This document shows positions 39,980 to 48,516 of a stretch of 64,000 bases of DNA, in pieces. A program made the translations under genes and the position numbers. The notes beneath the pieces were generated by a model, which made no database searches, had not been told where the DNA came from, and was given only the letters and a program-made list of their open reading frames with translations. Where the stretch lies: positions 32,001 to 96,000 of IMG/VR virus record IMGVR_UViG_3300047159_000040. One strand, written 5' to 3'. This stretch comes from a virus (Duplodnaviria; Caudoviricetes). Each line of letters opens with the position of its first letter. Within the stretch, counting starts at the first letter, position 1.

Positions 39980-41284
39980 GTCAATATACTCGCCGCTTAA
40001 TCGCTTGCGCGATTTGAAGCGGGAGCTTGCGACTGCCCATCGGCGGCTCGGGATTTCTCCTGTTGGCAACCGTTCGCGGCTTTCGCCGCTGCGCCATCGC
40101 TGGCGTTGGCGTCGCATCGTGGGCCGATTGACGCCGTCGGAAAAGGACGAGCCGATTCCGACGGACTTGCGACCCCGGAAGACGCGATTTGCGCGAGATC
40201 CGGCCTGGCCGCCTGTGACCCGATAACAAAATCGAGCCCCCTGCGCCAGACGTTAATGGCTCCTATGCGGTCGTCGTTTGACGAGTATCCGCAGTTCCTG
40301 CAGACGAACCGATGGAGAGCCTTGTCCCGATTCGCCGATTCGATATGTCCGCAATGAGGGCATGTCTGGCTGGTGTACGCCGGATCGACTTTGACGACGG
40401 CTGATCCGACCTTTTCGGCCTTGTATGACAGTTTCTGCTCAAAATCGTAATAAGGCCACGACATCTGCTCATAGCGCGCGTATCCGCGCTTGGCCATGGT
40501 CCGCGACTTCACTCCGGTCAGATCCTCTATGACGAAGACCGTCCCAGCGGGATGGGCCGCAACGAGTGCCTTGGACACGCGATGATTGACATCGCGCATG
40601 TAACGGTTCTCTCGATGGCCTATCTCGCGAAGGCGCCGTCTTGACGACGGGGTTCCTCGCTTCTGAAGCTTCTTCCTGAGATTCATCGCCTTGTATCTGT
40701 AATCCCGGAGCTTTCCTCCGGAAAAGAACGTCGTTTTTTCCATCCGAATCATACGCCGTGACGAGGTTGATCAGTCCGCGATCTATGCCGACGATGTTGA
40801 CGACCCCATAGCTCTTGACCGGGTCTATGTCATCGACTTCTTTGTGAAGCGACACGATGAGAAAGAATATCCCGTTTCCGTCAGACCACAGCTTGGACGT
40901 GCCAAGCGTCCACGATCCGTCGAAGTAGCGCTCAAATGATTTGATGCTATAGCGCATCTTAAGACGGCCTATCTTGCTGTTTATGGATACGATGCCGTCT
41001 TTTTTGAACGAGAAGTCGTTGCCGTACACCTCGTCGCACTGCGGAACGGAGAACCTGATCGGATCCTTATGGCGGAAAGCTTTGCTTTTGCCAACCGCGT
41101 TGTATTTGGCCCGGACGGCCCTGATGACGGATTCCGATATCTGCGCTGTTAGCCCGAACTTCGATCTTATGTCGCGGTACGTGCCATCATTCATAGAAGA
41201 CTGCCCAAGATCGTGCGTCCGGTAAACATAGATCCGACAGGAAGATCTGCACGCGTGAATGCGGCAGACGTCATCGTGTCGACG
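39980..41284 (-). mobile_element. IS200/IS605-family (IS1341-type, tnpB-only) element with a defective or mis-assembled left end
   Basis: tnpB is followed on the minus strand by a right end ...GAGTATATTGAC at 39980. No tnpA is present. GC content is higher than the flanks. Confidence 0.8.
39997..41194 (-). CDS. tnpB: TnpB RNA-guided nuclease, split by a +1 frameshift in an A6 run near 40735 and disrupted at the 5' end
   Basis: RuvC-I VGIDRG, RuvC-II VIEDL, YTSQTCPHCG..CRNCG zinc finger, RuvC-III NDDRIGAIN. The C-terminal tail overlaps the expected omegaRNA. Confidence 0.9.
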
Positions 41285-41291
41285 ATTTTTG

Positions 41292-41321
41292 TTGATGAGA
41301 TCGGCATAAGTGTTATATAAT
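41292..41321 (+). promoter_or_regulatory. SigmaA-type promoter P2
   Basis: TTGATG-N18-TATAAT. The predicted +1 (41328) is the first base of the long hairpin. Confidence 0.65.
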
Positions 41322-41327
41322 GATGTT

Positions 41328-41429
41328 GCTCAGGGAGATGGTTCCTGAATTTAAGAAAACGTCTGATGTTATCTCCTTTCACCGGAACGTTTGGATCTTA
41401 AATTCAACCTCCTTACCATCTCCTTGGGC
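41328..41429 (+). ncRNA. Putative rod-shaped small RNA 2, or structured leader of bS21, exposing anti-SD motifs
   Basis: 15-bp stem 41328-42/41415-29 (two G-U pairs fix the strand), 11-bp stem 41346-56/41396-406, and apical stems. Unpaired ACCTCCTT bulge and ATCTCCTTT loop. Confidence 0.65.
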
Positions 41430-41509
41430 TTAATTGCTAAATAGGATCAACAAGGAAGTTATAATAGCATCCGCCATAGAGCGGACGAAAGGTCGGGTGA
41501 TTTACCCAT

Positions 41510-41683
41510 ATGATCAAAGTCGAAGCACGCGAAGACGAGTCTCTCGAGGATTTGCTCAGACGGTTCAAACGCCAAGTCTCGCAATCCGGAGTAATGCTTG
41601 AATGCCAGATGCATGAATGCTATCGCACTCCAGCCGAGAAGAAGCTAGTCAAACGTCAGTGGCACCAGCGATACGATCGCTAA
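41510..41683 (+). CDS. rpsU: Ribosomal protein bS21 homolog (57 aa, missed by the ORF track)
   Basis: MIKVEAREDESLEDLLRRFKRQVSQSGVMLECQMHECYRTPAEKK matches the bS21 pattern ESLE.ALRRFKR...G...E....E.Y.KP. Confidence 0.88.
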   Translation: MIKVEAREDESLEDLLRRFKRQVSQSGVMLECQMHECYRTPAEKKLVKRQWHQRYDR

Positions 41684-41721
41684 TGCCTCCTATGAATATA
41701 TCAAAGGATAGGTGATGCTCG

Positions 41722-43332
41722 TTGAGCGAAGAAATTGAAGAACATGAGGTTACTCCTGAGCAGATTGCCAAGGACGCCTCTGACCAGATCTTCTACGGAA
41801 CCCCAGATGGGGATAAGTTCAGGATCGCATTCGACCAGCTGTTTGAGCAACAAAAGCTGGAAGTGTATGATTTATTTGAAATGAGCGCCAAACGCAATTT
41901 CAAGAATCTGACTCCTCTCGTGGTTACAACGTATGAGGAGATCTTTTTCGATGAAGGCGGGCGCTTCAACGACGACATGACCATGCCGATGCTCAGGCTT
42001 CTGAATGCCCAAAGCAAGATCATGATCTCGTCGGAGATGCCGGTTTCAGACTTCATCGCATTGATGGATTCCGTGATGGACTCTGCTGATGGCCTTCTCA
42101 TCAAAACGATCAGCAAATTCGTCGATGCTAACTATAGCCTGGATCTTAATGGCATCATCGATGATGCCGTGAAGAAGAGCCATGCCGTCAATGAGGAGCT
42201 CATGATCAGAGATGACCATGCCAAGATCCTTCTCAAGATAGCGTATCTCTATCGAATCTTCATCCCTCTGATGTCGCAGTACTTCCTTTACAGCAAGTCG
42301 CTGTTCTCGAAATCAGCGGCATCCGCAGATGATGACGACGATGACGATTACGCCTTCGACGATGTCAACAGGATGCTGTTCTCGCACCTGTTCGATATCT
42401 ATGCCGGAGACGGCGACGCCTTGAGAAACAAGCTTTACAAGCTGACTTACTCAAGAGTCATCAAGACGGCGTTCTCGTCGAAGAAATATTGGGCAAAGGC
42501 CAAGAATGTCGGAATCACCAAAGAGACCGTCACTCTCGACATCTACGATAAGCTTCAGACGAATGCCGTCGCCAAGCTCGTCATGGATCCCAATCTCAAC
42601 ATCGTCAGCTTCCTGCAGTCAGTCATCAACAACCAGATCAAGTTCTTGATGCAAAACAAGTTCAAGGATCACTATGTCATCATCGACGCCAAAGACGATG
42701 ATTCGACAGCCACCGCCGATGACGATGACGACGATATGAGCGAATTCGAACGGGTCGAGATCGACACCGCCCGCAAGGACGAAGGCCAGAAGATCCTCCG
42801 AGATCTCAACATCGAGGAGACCATCCGAAAGCTTCCTGACATGATGGACGTGTCCGTCACAGAGCCTGAAATCGATCATGCCATCGTGACCAAGATGCCT
42901 CGCGTCAATTCCATCCAGGAGATGATCATAAGCCTCATGATGGATAAGTACTTCGAAGACGTCGACGCCATCAAGCATCTCGATTCACGTCAGTATGCAA
43001 AAGTGCTGATCTGCTGCTGCAAATACCTCCAGAAGCGCAAGTTCACGGTTCTTCCGGAGATCATGGTCAGCAAATGCGACAAGCAGCGCGAGAGAGTCGG
43101 CATCACCGGAAACAAGATCCGCGAGAAGATCGAGGATTCGAAGATGTACAAAGAGCTCTTCTCGACTAAGTACGGCTGCTTCACAGACGATGCCGAAAGA
43201 CCGATGGCTTCAATCATCAGCTCCGTGTATCTCTCCGTATTCAAGGACGATGAGAACAAGAGCGTGTTCGACGGCTCCATCAAGATCGGAGACGTCGCTG
43301 AGGAGCTGGTCAATCTGGCTCACTTGGTATGA
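41722..43332 (+). CDS. Hypothetical acidic protein, candidate sigma-like promoter-specificity subunit of the non-virion RNAP (AR9 gp226 / phiKZ gp68-like)
   Basis: 536 aa, all-helical appearance. Size and position near the chaperonin and primase fit; the similarity is recalled, not computed. Confidence 0.4.
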   Translation: MSEEIEEHEVTPEQIAKDASDQIFYGTPDGDKFRIAFDQLFEQQKLEVYDLFEMSAKRNFKNLTPLVVTTYEEIFFDEGGRFNDDMTMPMLRLLNAQSKIMISSEMPVSDFIALMDSVMDSADGLLIKTISKFVDANYSLDLNGIIDDAVKKSHAVNEELMIRDDHAKILLKIAYLYRIFIPLMSQYFLYSKSLFSKSAASADDDDDDDYAFDDVNRMLFSHLFDIYAGDGDALRNKLYKLTYSRVIKTAFSSKKYWAKAKNVGITKETVTLDIYDKLQTNAVAKLVMDPNLNIVSFLQSVINNQIKFLMQNKFKDHYVIIDAKDDDSTATADDDDDDMSEFERVEIDTARKDEGQKILRDLNIEETIRKLPDMMDVSVTEPEIDHAIVTKMPRVNSIQEMIISLMMDKYFEDVDAIKHLDSRQYAKVLICCCKYLQKRKFTVLPEIMVSKCDKQRERVGITGNKIREKIEDSKMYKELFSTKYGCFTDDAERPMASIISSVYLSVFKDDENKSVFDGSIKIGDVAEELVNLAHLV

Positions 43333-43526
43333 GAGACCCTAAGCGAATAGACGTCGATCTTAACAGGATCAAGAAGATCTGGAAGCGATATCCTGATCTT
43401 CGCCTTGGCCAGCTAATCGGAAACGTAATCAGCTCGGAATACCTATATTACATCGAGGATTCCGATTTGGTATCAGCTATCGAAAAGCACTATGATTCTG
43501 TTCCGGATCCTGGAAATAAAAAATAA
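43329..43526 (+). CDS. Small conserved phage protein (MRDPKRI..W..YPDLRLGQL family)
   Basis: Characteristic motif, and ATGA overlap with the previous gene. Confidence 0.8.
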   Translation: MRDPKRIDVDLNRIKKIWKRYPDLRLGQLIGNVISSEYLYYIEDSDLVSAIEKHYDSVPDPGNKK

Positions 43527-43584
43527 TTTCCTTTGCATCCAAGCCTTCCTTGCCTTATCATAATGGCGAGAGAAGGCTTTTTAA

Positions 43585-44634
43585 ATGAATGCGGATGATG
43601 AAATAGCAAGCGAGCAGATCAAGAAGACGATCCTGGCATCGTGCCGGCCGGCTTATTTGACGACCGATAGAAAGGACATCCGCGTGAGATGCCCTTATTG
43701 CGGCGATTCCCATACGCATGCCGACAGCGCTCACTTTTACATTCATGTCGAGCCTCCGTTCATGTACCATTGCGTAAGATGCGGAGCCCATGGAATGCTC
43801 AATCCAAACGTCCTCAAGGATTTGAAGATCTACAACAATGACGCTTCGTTGGCGGTCATGGAATCGGCCAAGCGCGCAAGGGCTAGCGACGATTTCAGAT
43901 TTCATCATTACAAGAAGACACTTGATTTGACTCCATCGGATATGTCTGCGGCAAGCAGATCGCTGTCTTATATCAACGGGCGCATCGGAACCGATCTTTC
44001 GGCAGATGACGCCATCAGGTATTACAGCGTCGTTCTTGATCCGATCGGATTCTTCAATAAGAATGGGATCAAGGCACCAAATCAGTTCAACTTCGCTGAA
44101 TCGGTCGGCTTTGCGTCTTCAGACAGAAGTCATATCATCTTCCGTGATATGAGCGGGACGCAGGAGAAGCGCTACAATAACCTAAGATTGGCCGGAGAGG
44201 ATGAGGATGCCAGCAAGATATATTCGGTGTCTTCAGATGACAATTATCCTCTTACGACAAGCCTTAGCACGACGTTAGTCGTAGCTGAGGGAATCTTCGA
44301 TATAATCGGAATCTGCGAGAATCTGTATAGACGTCACGACCCGGATCCTTCGGCATATCGGTTCATGGATGGATTCGTCTTTCTCGCCTGCTGCGGAAAA
44401 GGGTATCCGACAACGATAACGAGCTGCTTCCGAAAGCTTGGATCTGTAGGGATGCCCATTAGAATCTATTCCGATGATGATGTCGATCCTGATTTCTACA
44501 GAGATATGCTCAGCGAAGAGCCCACCCTTGGATATTCCGACATCGAACTGCATTACAATGGATTCCCAGGCGAGAAGGATTTCGGAGTCCCTTCAGCAAA
44601 AATAAGCGAGAAACAATCCATTATATTGAATTAG
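43585..44634 (+). CDS. DNA primase (zinc-binding domain plus TOPRIM)
   Basis: CPYCGDS...CVRC zinc finger, and TOPRIM motifs VAEGIFD, YSDDD and KDFG. Confidence 0.88.
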   Translation: MNADDEIASEQIKKTILASCRPAYLTTDRKDIRVRCPYCGDSHTHADSAHFYIHVEPPFMYHCVRCGAHGMLNPNVLKDLKIYNNDASLAVMESAKRARASDDFRFHHYKKTLDLTPSDMSAASRSLSYINGRIGTDLSADDAIRYYSVVLDPIGFFNKNGIKAPNQFNFAESVGFASSDRSHIIFRDMSGTQEKRYNNLRLAGEDEDASKIYSVSSDDNYPLTTSLSTTLVVAEGIFDIIGICENLYRRHDPDPSAYRFMDGFVFLACCGKGYPTTITSCFRKLGSVGMPIRIYSDDDVDPDFYRDMLSEEPTLGYSDIELHYNGFPGEKDFGVPSAKISEKQSIILN

Positions 44635-44647
44635 GGATGGCTCAACT

Positions 44648-45424
44648 ATGGGGTACATTGGAAATAGCACTACGGCTGATCTAATCGTTGCCATCATAGT
44701 GATGGTTCTTATAGATCTTATAGCATTCTCTTTTCTGAGACGACGCTGGGTAATGATCAGCACCGCTTTGTTTGAGACTCTAGGGATCATATCGTATTGC
44801 TGCGGAATGGTATATACGCTGTATCTGTCATTCGCGGCCGCGCTTGTCGTAATCATGGCGGCGTTCTTCTCCAACTCATCCGATATTCGGTTCATCTTCG
44901 CCAACGATCTCAAAGGAAAAGATGAGAGCAAGATGGTCAAGGCCATATCCGGAAGAGGAGGCGTGTCCCAGGAAGATCTAGATTCGGCTTATTCGCAAGT
45001 CGAAAATGCCGTCATCACGATGAGCAAGCAGAGAATGGGAGCCATCATGACGTTTGAGAAGAAAGACAATCTCGACAGCGTCATATCAGCCGGAAGCGGA
45101 GCCAGAATCAATGCCCAAGTATCAAGCGAGATAATCCAAGGGTTGTTCTATCCTGGAGGAAGACTCCATGACGGAGCCATGATCATCAGAGGAAACAGGA
45201 TCATCGCAGCCAGCGTGTACTTCACTCCTTCCAAGAGAAACATCACCGCTAAATGCGGATCTCGCCATAGAGCCGCTTACGGCATCAGCGAGACTACGGA
45301 TTCCGTTACCGTGCTTGTAAGCGAGGAAACGGGAAAGATATCCATATTCTTCAAAGGAACGGCCATCTTGGTAACCCCTGATAACTTCCTTAAAGTCTTC
45401 CAGAAATGCATGAATGCCGCCTGA
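44648..45424 (+). CDS. dacA: Membrane-anchored diadenylate cyclase (CdaA/DacA-type, DisA_N domain)
   Basis: Three N-terminal hydrophobic helices, with intact LHDGA, GSRHRAA and VSEETG motifs. Confidence 0.92.
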   Translation: MGYIGNSTTADLIVAIIVMVLIDLIAFSFLRRRWVMISTALFETLGIISYCCGMVYTLYLSFAAALVVIMAAFFSNSSDIRFIFANDLKGKDESKMVKAISGRGGVSQEDLDSAYSQVENAVITMSKQRMGAIMTFEKKDNLDSVISAGSGARINAQVSSEIIQGLFYPGGRLHDGAMIIRGNRIIAASVYFTPSKRNITAKCGSRHRAAYGISETTDSVTVLVSEETGKISIFFKGTAILVTPDNFLKVFQKCMNAA

Positions 45425-45438
45425 GGGAAATAAAAAAT

Positions 45439-45915
45439 ATGTTCGGACATAATAAAAGCGTCGATGCTCCTAATCCAGTTCAGGCTCCCACTTCATACAA
45501 AGAGTGGGCGGATGACTTCGGATTCCTTAATCTCATCATGAACAAGAAACTGTCCATCACCAAGGATTATTACATCAAGCCTCTTGCTGAGACTCAGCTT
45601 GACAAGAACCTTTACATCAATGACGAAGAGATCAACGAGATGTATGACAACGTCGTCGTTGAGATCGTAAAAGCTCTGTCGGATAACTACGTCAATTATC
45701 TCGTGTCGAAGTACTTCGCAAGCAGGGATGAGCTCATCGTATTCATCTCTGAGAGCGTATATGCCGAGCTTGTCGCTTCGGCGGTTAATGCCAACACCAA
45801 GAAGATCAGCCGAGACATCCGATCAAAAGATCGGATCGCCGCTGCAGCCTCATTAGCGTCACGCAAAGAAGGCGTCATCAACGCTGTCGCTGAAAACTCA
45901 GCTAAAAAACAGTAG
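45439..45915 (+). CDS. Hypothetical protein
   Basis: Start MFGHN after a GAGG RBS. Confidence 0.7.
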   Translation: MFGHNKSVDAPNPVQAPTSYKEWADDFGFLNLIMNKKLSITKDYYIKPLAETQLDKNLYINDEEINEMYDNVVVEIVKALSDNYVNYLVSKYFASRDELIVFISESVYAELVASAVNANTKKISRDIRSKDRIAAAASLASRKEGVINAVAENSAKKQ

Positions 45916-45972
45916 CATCTGCGTGATGCTGGTGATATCATATTTACGACAAAGGAAAGGTGATAAATTCAT

Positions 45973-46503
45973 ATGCAGAAACCTAAAGTAATCGACGATC
46001 CTAACGAAGCGGCTGCCTCATCGGCCATCGGAGCTGATGGAGAGCACAAGGCCAAGAAAGAGCTCGAGGCCGAGGATCTCAAGGAAAGCTTTGCAGGAGA
46101 GACAGTTTTGTCTGGCGACAATTACGTCGTCAAGAACTATCCGTCTTCCCCGTTCAAGCACAAAGAGACCTATGCCATCTTCGTTAAGGGAGGCTGGGAA
46201 TTCCCGAGCTTATCGGCTCTCTCGTTCAACGAAAGATCCAAAGTCTTGGAATACTTCTCAGAAGCCAAATCCGGAGCCAACATCCCGGAAGACATCGCCA
46301 AGCTTCTGCCAGCCGGATACGATTATCGCTTCGGGTATTACTTCAACATCAACCTCGACAAGGCTCATTACAGCGGATTCAAAGCGCTCAAAGAGAGATT
46401 CTCTTCCCTCAGCGAGATGAAAATCGCTATTGAGGCTTATATCAAGGCTTCGAAGAAATACACGTTCGACGGATCAGCTCATTCTACTGGCGCCGTTGCC
46501 TGA
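45973..46503 (+). CDS. Hypothetical protein
   Basis: 176 aa with an AAGG RBS. Confidence 0.7.
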   Translation: MQKPKVIDDPNEAAASSAIGADGEHKAKKELEAEDLKESFAGETVLSGDNYVVKNYPSSPFKHKETYAIFVKGGWEFPSLSALSFNERSKVLEYFSEAKSGANIPEDIAKLLPAGYDYRFGYYFNINLDKAHYSGFKALKERFSSLSEMKIAIEAYIKASKKYTFDGSAHSTGAVA

Positions 46504-46522
46504 TCTCCGGAAAATAAAAAAT

Positions 46523-46555
46523 AACCCCAGGCAGAGAATGCTTGGGGTTTTCTTT
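46523..46555. terminator. Bidirectional terminator
   Basis: AACCCCAGGCA-GAGAA-TGCTTGGGGTTTT. Confidence 0.7.
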
Positions 46556-46558
46556 CGC

Positions 46559-47788
46559 TCAAACGACTTTGGACATCGATAGCACTATAGAAATTGTGTA
46601 AGTCTTAAAATCAGTCGTGCTTATCGAATATGATTCTTCGGATATCGTATAGTATCCTGATATGCTATCAAGGCTTGCCGTTATCAGAACCGACGTATCG
46701 GGGGTGAAGTAATTAGGATTGATGCTTGCTAGGCTTATCCTAGTGGCTTTAGTCGAGTTGTGGATGAGAGACTTCTCGAAGATGTCTTTCTGAAGGTTAT
46801 TCCAGATGTATCTCACCTTACCGTTGTCGGTATTATTGTCGTATTCCCTTCTGATCCCATTAAGATCATCGTCGTAAGAGCTTATGATGGACGTCTGGCC
46901 TACGCTATCCATGAATACGTCTGTCACGGTTCCGACAGCAGGATCGTTCTTTCTGTAAATACGGGTGTTTTCGGTATCCTTGTCGACCTGGATGTTTGAG
47001 AACAGATTCTCGTCAGTCACCTCAGATGCTTTCTTGGTTATTATTTCGAACATCCTGGCATGGACGGTATCGCTGTTTGCCATAGGATCGAACAGATATG
47101 TCTTTCCAGTGTCAAAGAACACGGACATCGAATTATTGTAGAATCCATATTGATTCTGCAGGAATCTCATGGCAGGAACGACATTCATTGGAGGTATTAT
47201 CAGAGATTCCTCTCGGTCAATGTTGTCAGATGGCTGCATCACGAGGCTGTTCCCTGAAGGAATAACTCCCGACAGAATGCTTACCGCGATATCGTTCATG
47301 CTGGCATTCTCATATACCTCGTTTATGACTGAGTTATTGATGGCCAGAAGATCTTTCGGTATGCAATCAAGCTCATAATCGACCTTGATATTCTGCGTCT
47401 TGCTGCTTGATTCCGTTGAGTCTGCGTCATCGTCGGAGTCTTGGGACTGGACGTTTGTCGTAAGGGCTTTGTCATATGGGGTAAGTATCGTTTCGACGAT
47501 GGTATCCTCCATCGCATTAGACGTCGGGCTCGTTTCGTCGTTTGACACAGTAGGATCTATCGCATAACTGTAGACGCCTAGAGAAATGTCAGATTTAAGA
47601 TCTCTGATCGTATCTCTTAGCGATTTCTCTATTCTCAGGTTCAAGACATACAACGGAAGGCAGTTCGCTATGAAGTCTTTCTTGACGTTCACGCTTGTCA
47701 CATATCCGCTGAGATCCATAGACTGATCTCCGTTGCTATCAAGAAGATATGCCTTAACGATGAAGCGATCTACTTTTTGATTATACAT
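46559..47788 (-). CDS. Virion structural protein, possibly baseplate hub
   Basis: 409 aa. The pattern LIIPPMN...FL...FFD and a C-terminal SGYY.I..E is reminiscent of hub proteins. Confidence 0.5.
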   Translation of the reverse strand: MYNQKVDRFIVKAYLLDSNGDQSMDLSGYVTSVNVKKDFIANCLPLYVLNLRIEKSLRDTIRDLKSDISLGVYSYAIDPTVSNDETSPTSNAMEDTIVETILTPYDKALTTNVQSQDSDDDADSTESSSKTQNIKVDYELDCIPKDLLAINNSVINEVYENASMNDIAVSILSGVIPSGNSLVMQPSDNIDREESLIIPPMNVVPAMRFLQNQYGFYNNSMSVFFDTGKTYLFDPMANSDTVHARMFEIITKKASEVTDENLFSNIQVDKDTENTRIYRKNDPAVGTVTDVFMDSVGQTSIISSYDDDLNGIRREYDNNTDNGKVRYIWNNLQKDIFEKSLIHNSTKATRISLASINPNYFTPDTSVLITASLDSISGYYTISEESYSISTTDFKTYTISIVLSMSKVV

Positions 47789-48392
47789 TCAAGATTCCGC
47801 CTTCATCAGTCATTCTTCCATCGTCAGATTGTTTTTCCATATCGGCGATTTTCTTGATTAACTCTGCAGAAACCCCGTCTTTGTACTTATTCATGAACGC
47901 TTTGTAATCTCCGAACACCTGCGTTTTTGAAATGAACAAATGCCCGTCATGAGCCAATTCGTGATTTGTCTTTGTCAGAGGGACTAATCCAATCCTGTTC
48001 GCGAAGTGCTCTCTCATGACTTCGTCAGCTATGGAATATGACGTGAATTTGTCATCATGGGTAAGGTGATAAGACACAACAGTATCGATTATGTCATATA
48101 GCGAGAACGGATAGTGGTGGAACTCTATCGTGGCATCGGCATTGGATATGTTGGATAGGATGTCATCATGGTTCATCGTATCGTAGTTGGTCTTAAGCAG
48201 GCCAAGATACTGGCTGTACTCATGCGAAGTCCTTATCATACGCTCGACGCTTTTGATGAATGCCGTTATTGATGCTTCATCGAAAGAGTCTGAGAAGTAG
48301 AGAGACTCGCTGAATGGGGAAGAGCTGCTTTTGGCAGTCGGCCCGTTCTTTGTATCGACAAAGTCTATGTTTCCTATCTTGCTGTCGCTCAT
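47781..48392 (-). CDS. HNH-like protein (paralog of 33271-33987)
   Basis: IEFHHYPFSLYDI...RIGLVPLTKTNHELAH. Confidence 0.65.
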   Translation of the reverse strand: MSDSKIGNIDFVDTKNGPTAKSSSSPFSESLYFSDSFDEASITAFIKSVERMIRTSHEYSQYLGLLKTNYDTMNHDDILSNISNADATIEFHHYPFSLYDIIDTVVSYHLTHDDKFTSYSIADEVMREHFANRIGLVPLTKTNHELAHDGHLFISKTQVFGDYKAFMNKYKDGVSAELIKKIADMEKQSDDGRMTDEGGILNV

Positions 48393-48516
48393 GATGTTAA
48401 TCCTCGATAATCTGTTGTTGACCGATATTTTTAAATTTTTCCCTCATGGCGACGCGCCTTTAGGCCTAAGCGGAAAGGGGCCTCTCGAACAATTGATTAT
48501 TATCAGAGGATATCGA

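Larger units (their letters stand above)
39945..41319. repeat. 35-bp exact direct repeat (39945-39979 and 41285-41319) flanking tnpB
   Basis: ATTTTTGTTGATGAGATCGGCATAAGTGTTATATA is present twice, and patchy identity extends a further ~50 bp upstream of each copy. Confidence 0.95.

Noticed and set aside
39997-41194. TnpB as a nuclease-dead TldR-type repressor of the adjacent promoter
   Set aside because: All three RuvC acidic residues (D, E, D) are present, and the disruptions look like indels or an assembly mosaic.
39945-41319. 35-bp direct repeat as a CRISPR repeat or target-site duplication
   Set aside because: There are only two copies, 1.3 kb apart, and no spacer array. IS200/IS605 elements do not create TSDs.
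41191-41382. 63-aa minus-strand ORF, and the 39839-40117 ORF sharing YITLMPISSTK
   Set aside because: The shared peptide is just the direct repeat. The region is better explained by a promoter plus plus-strand RNA structure.
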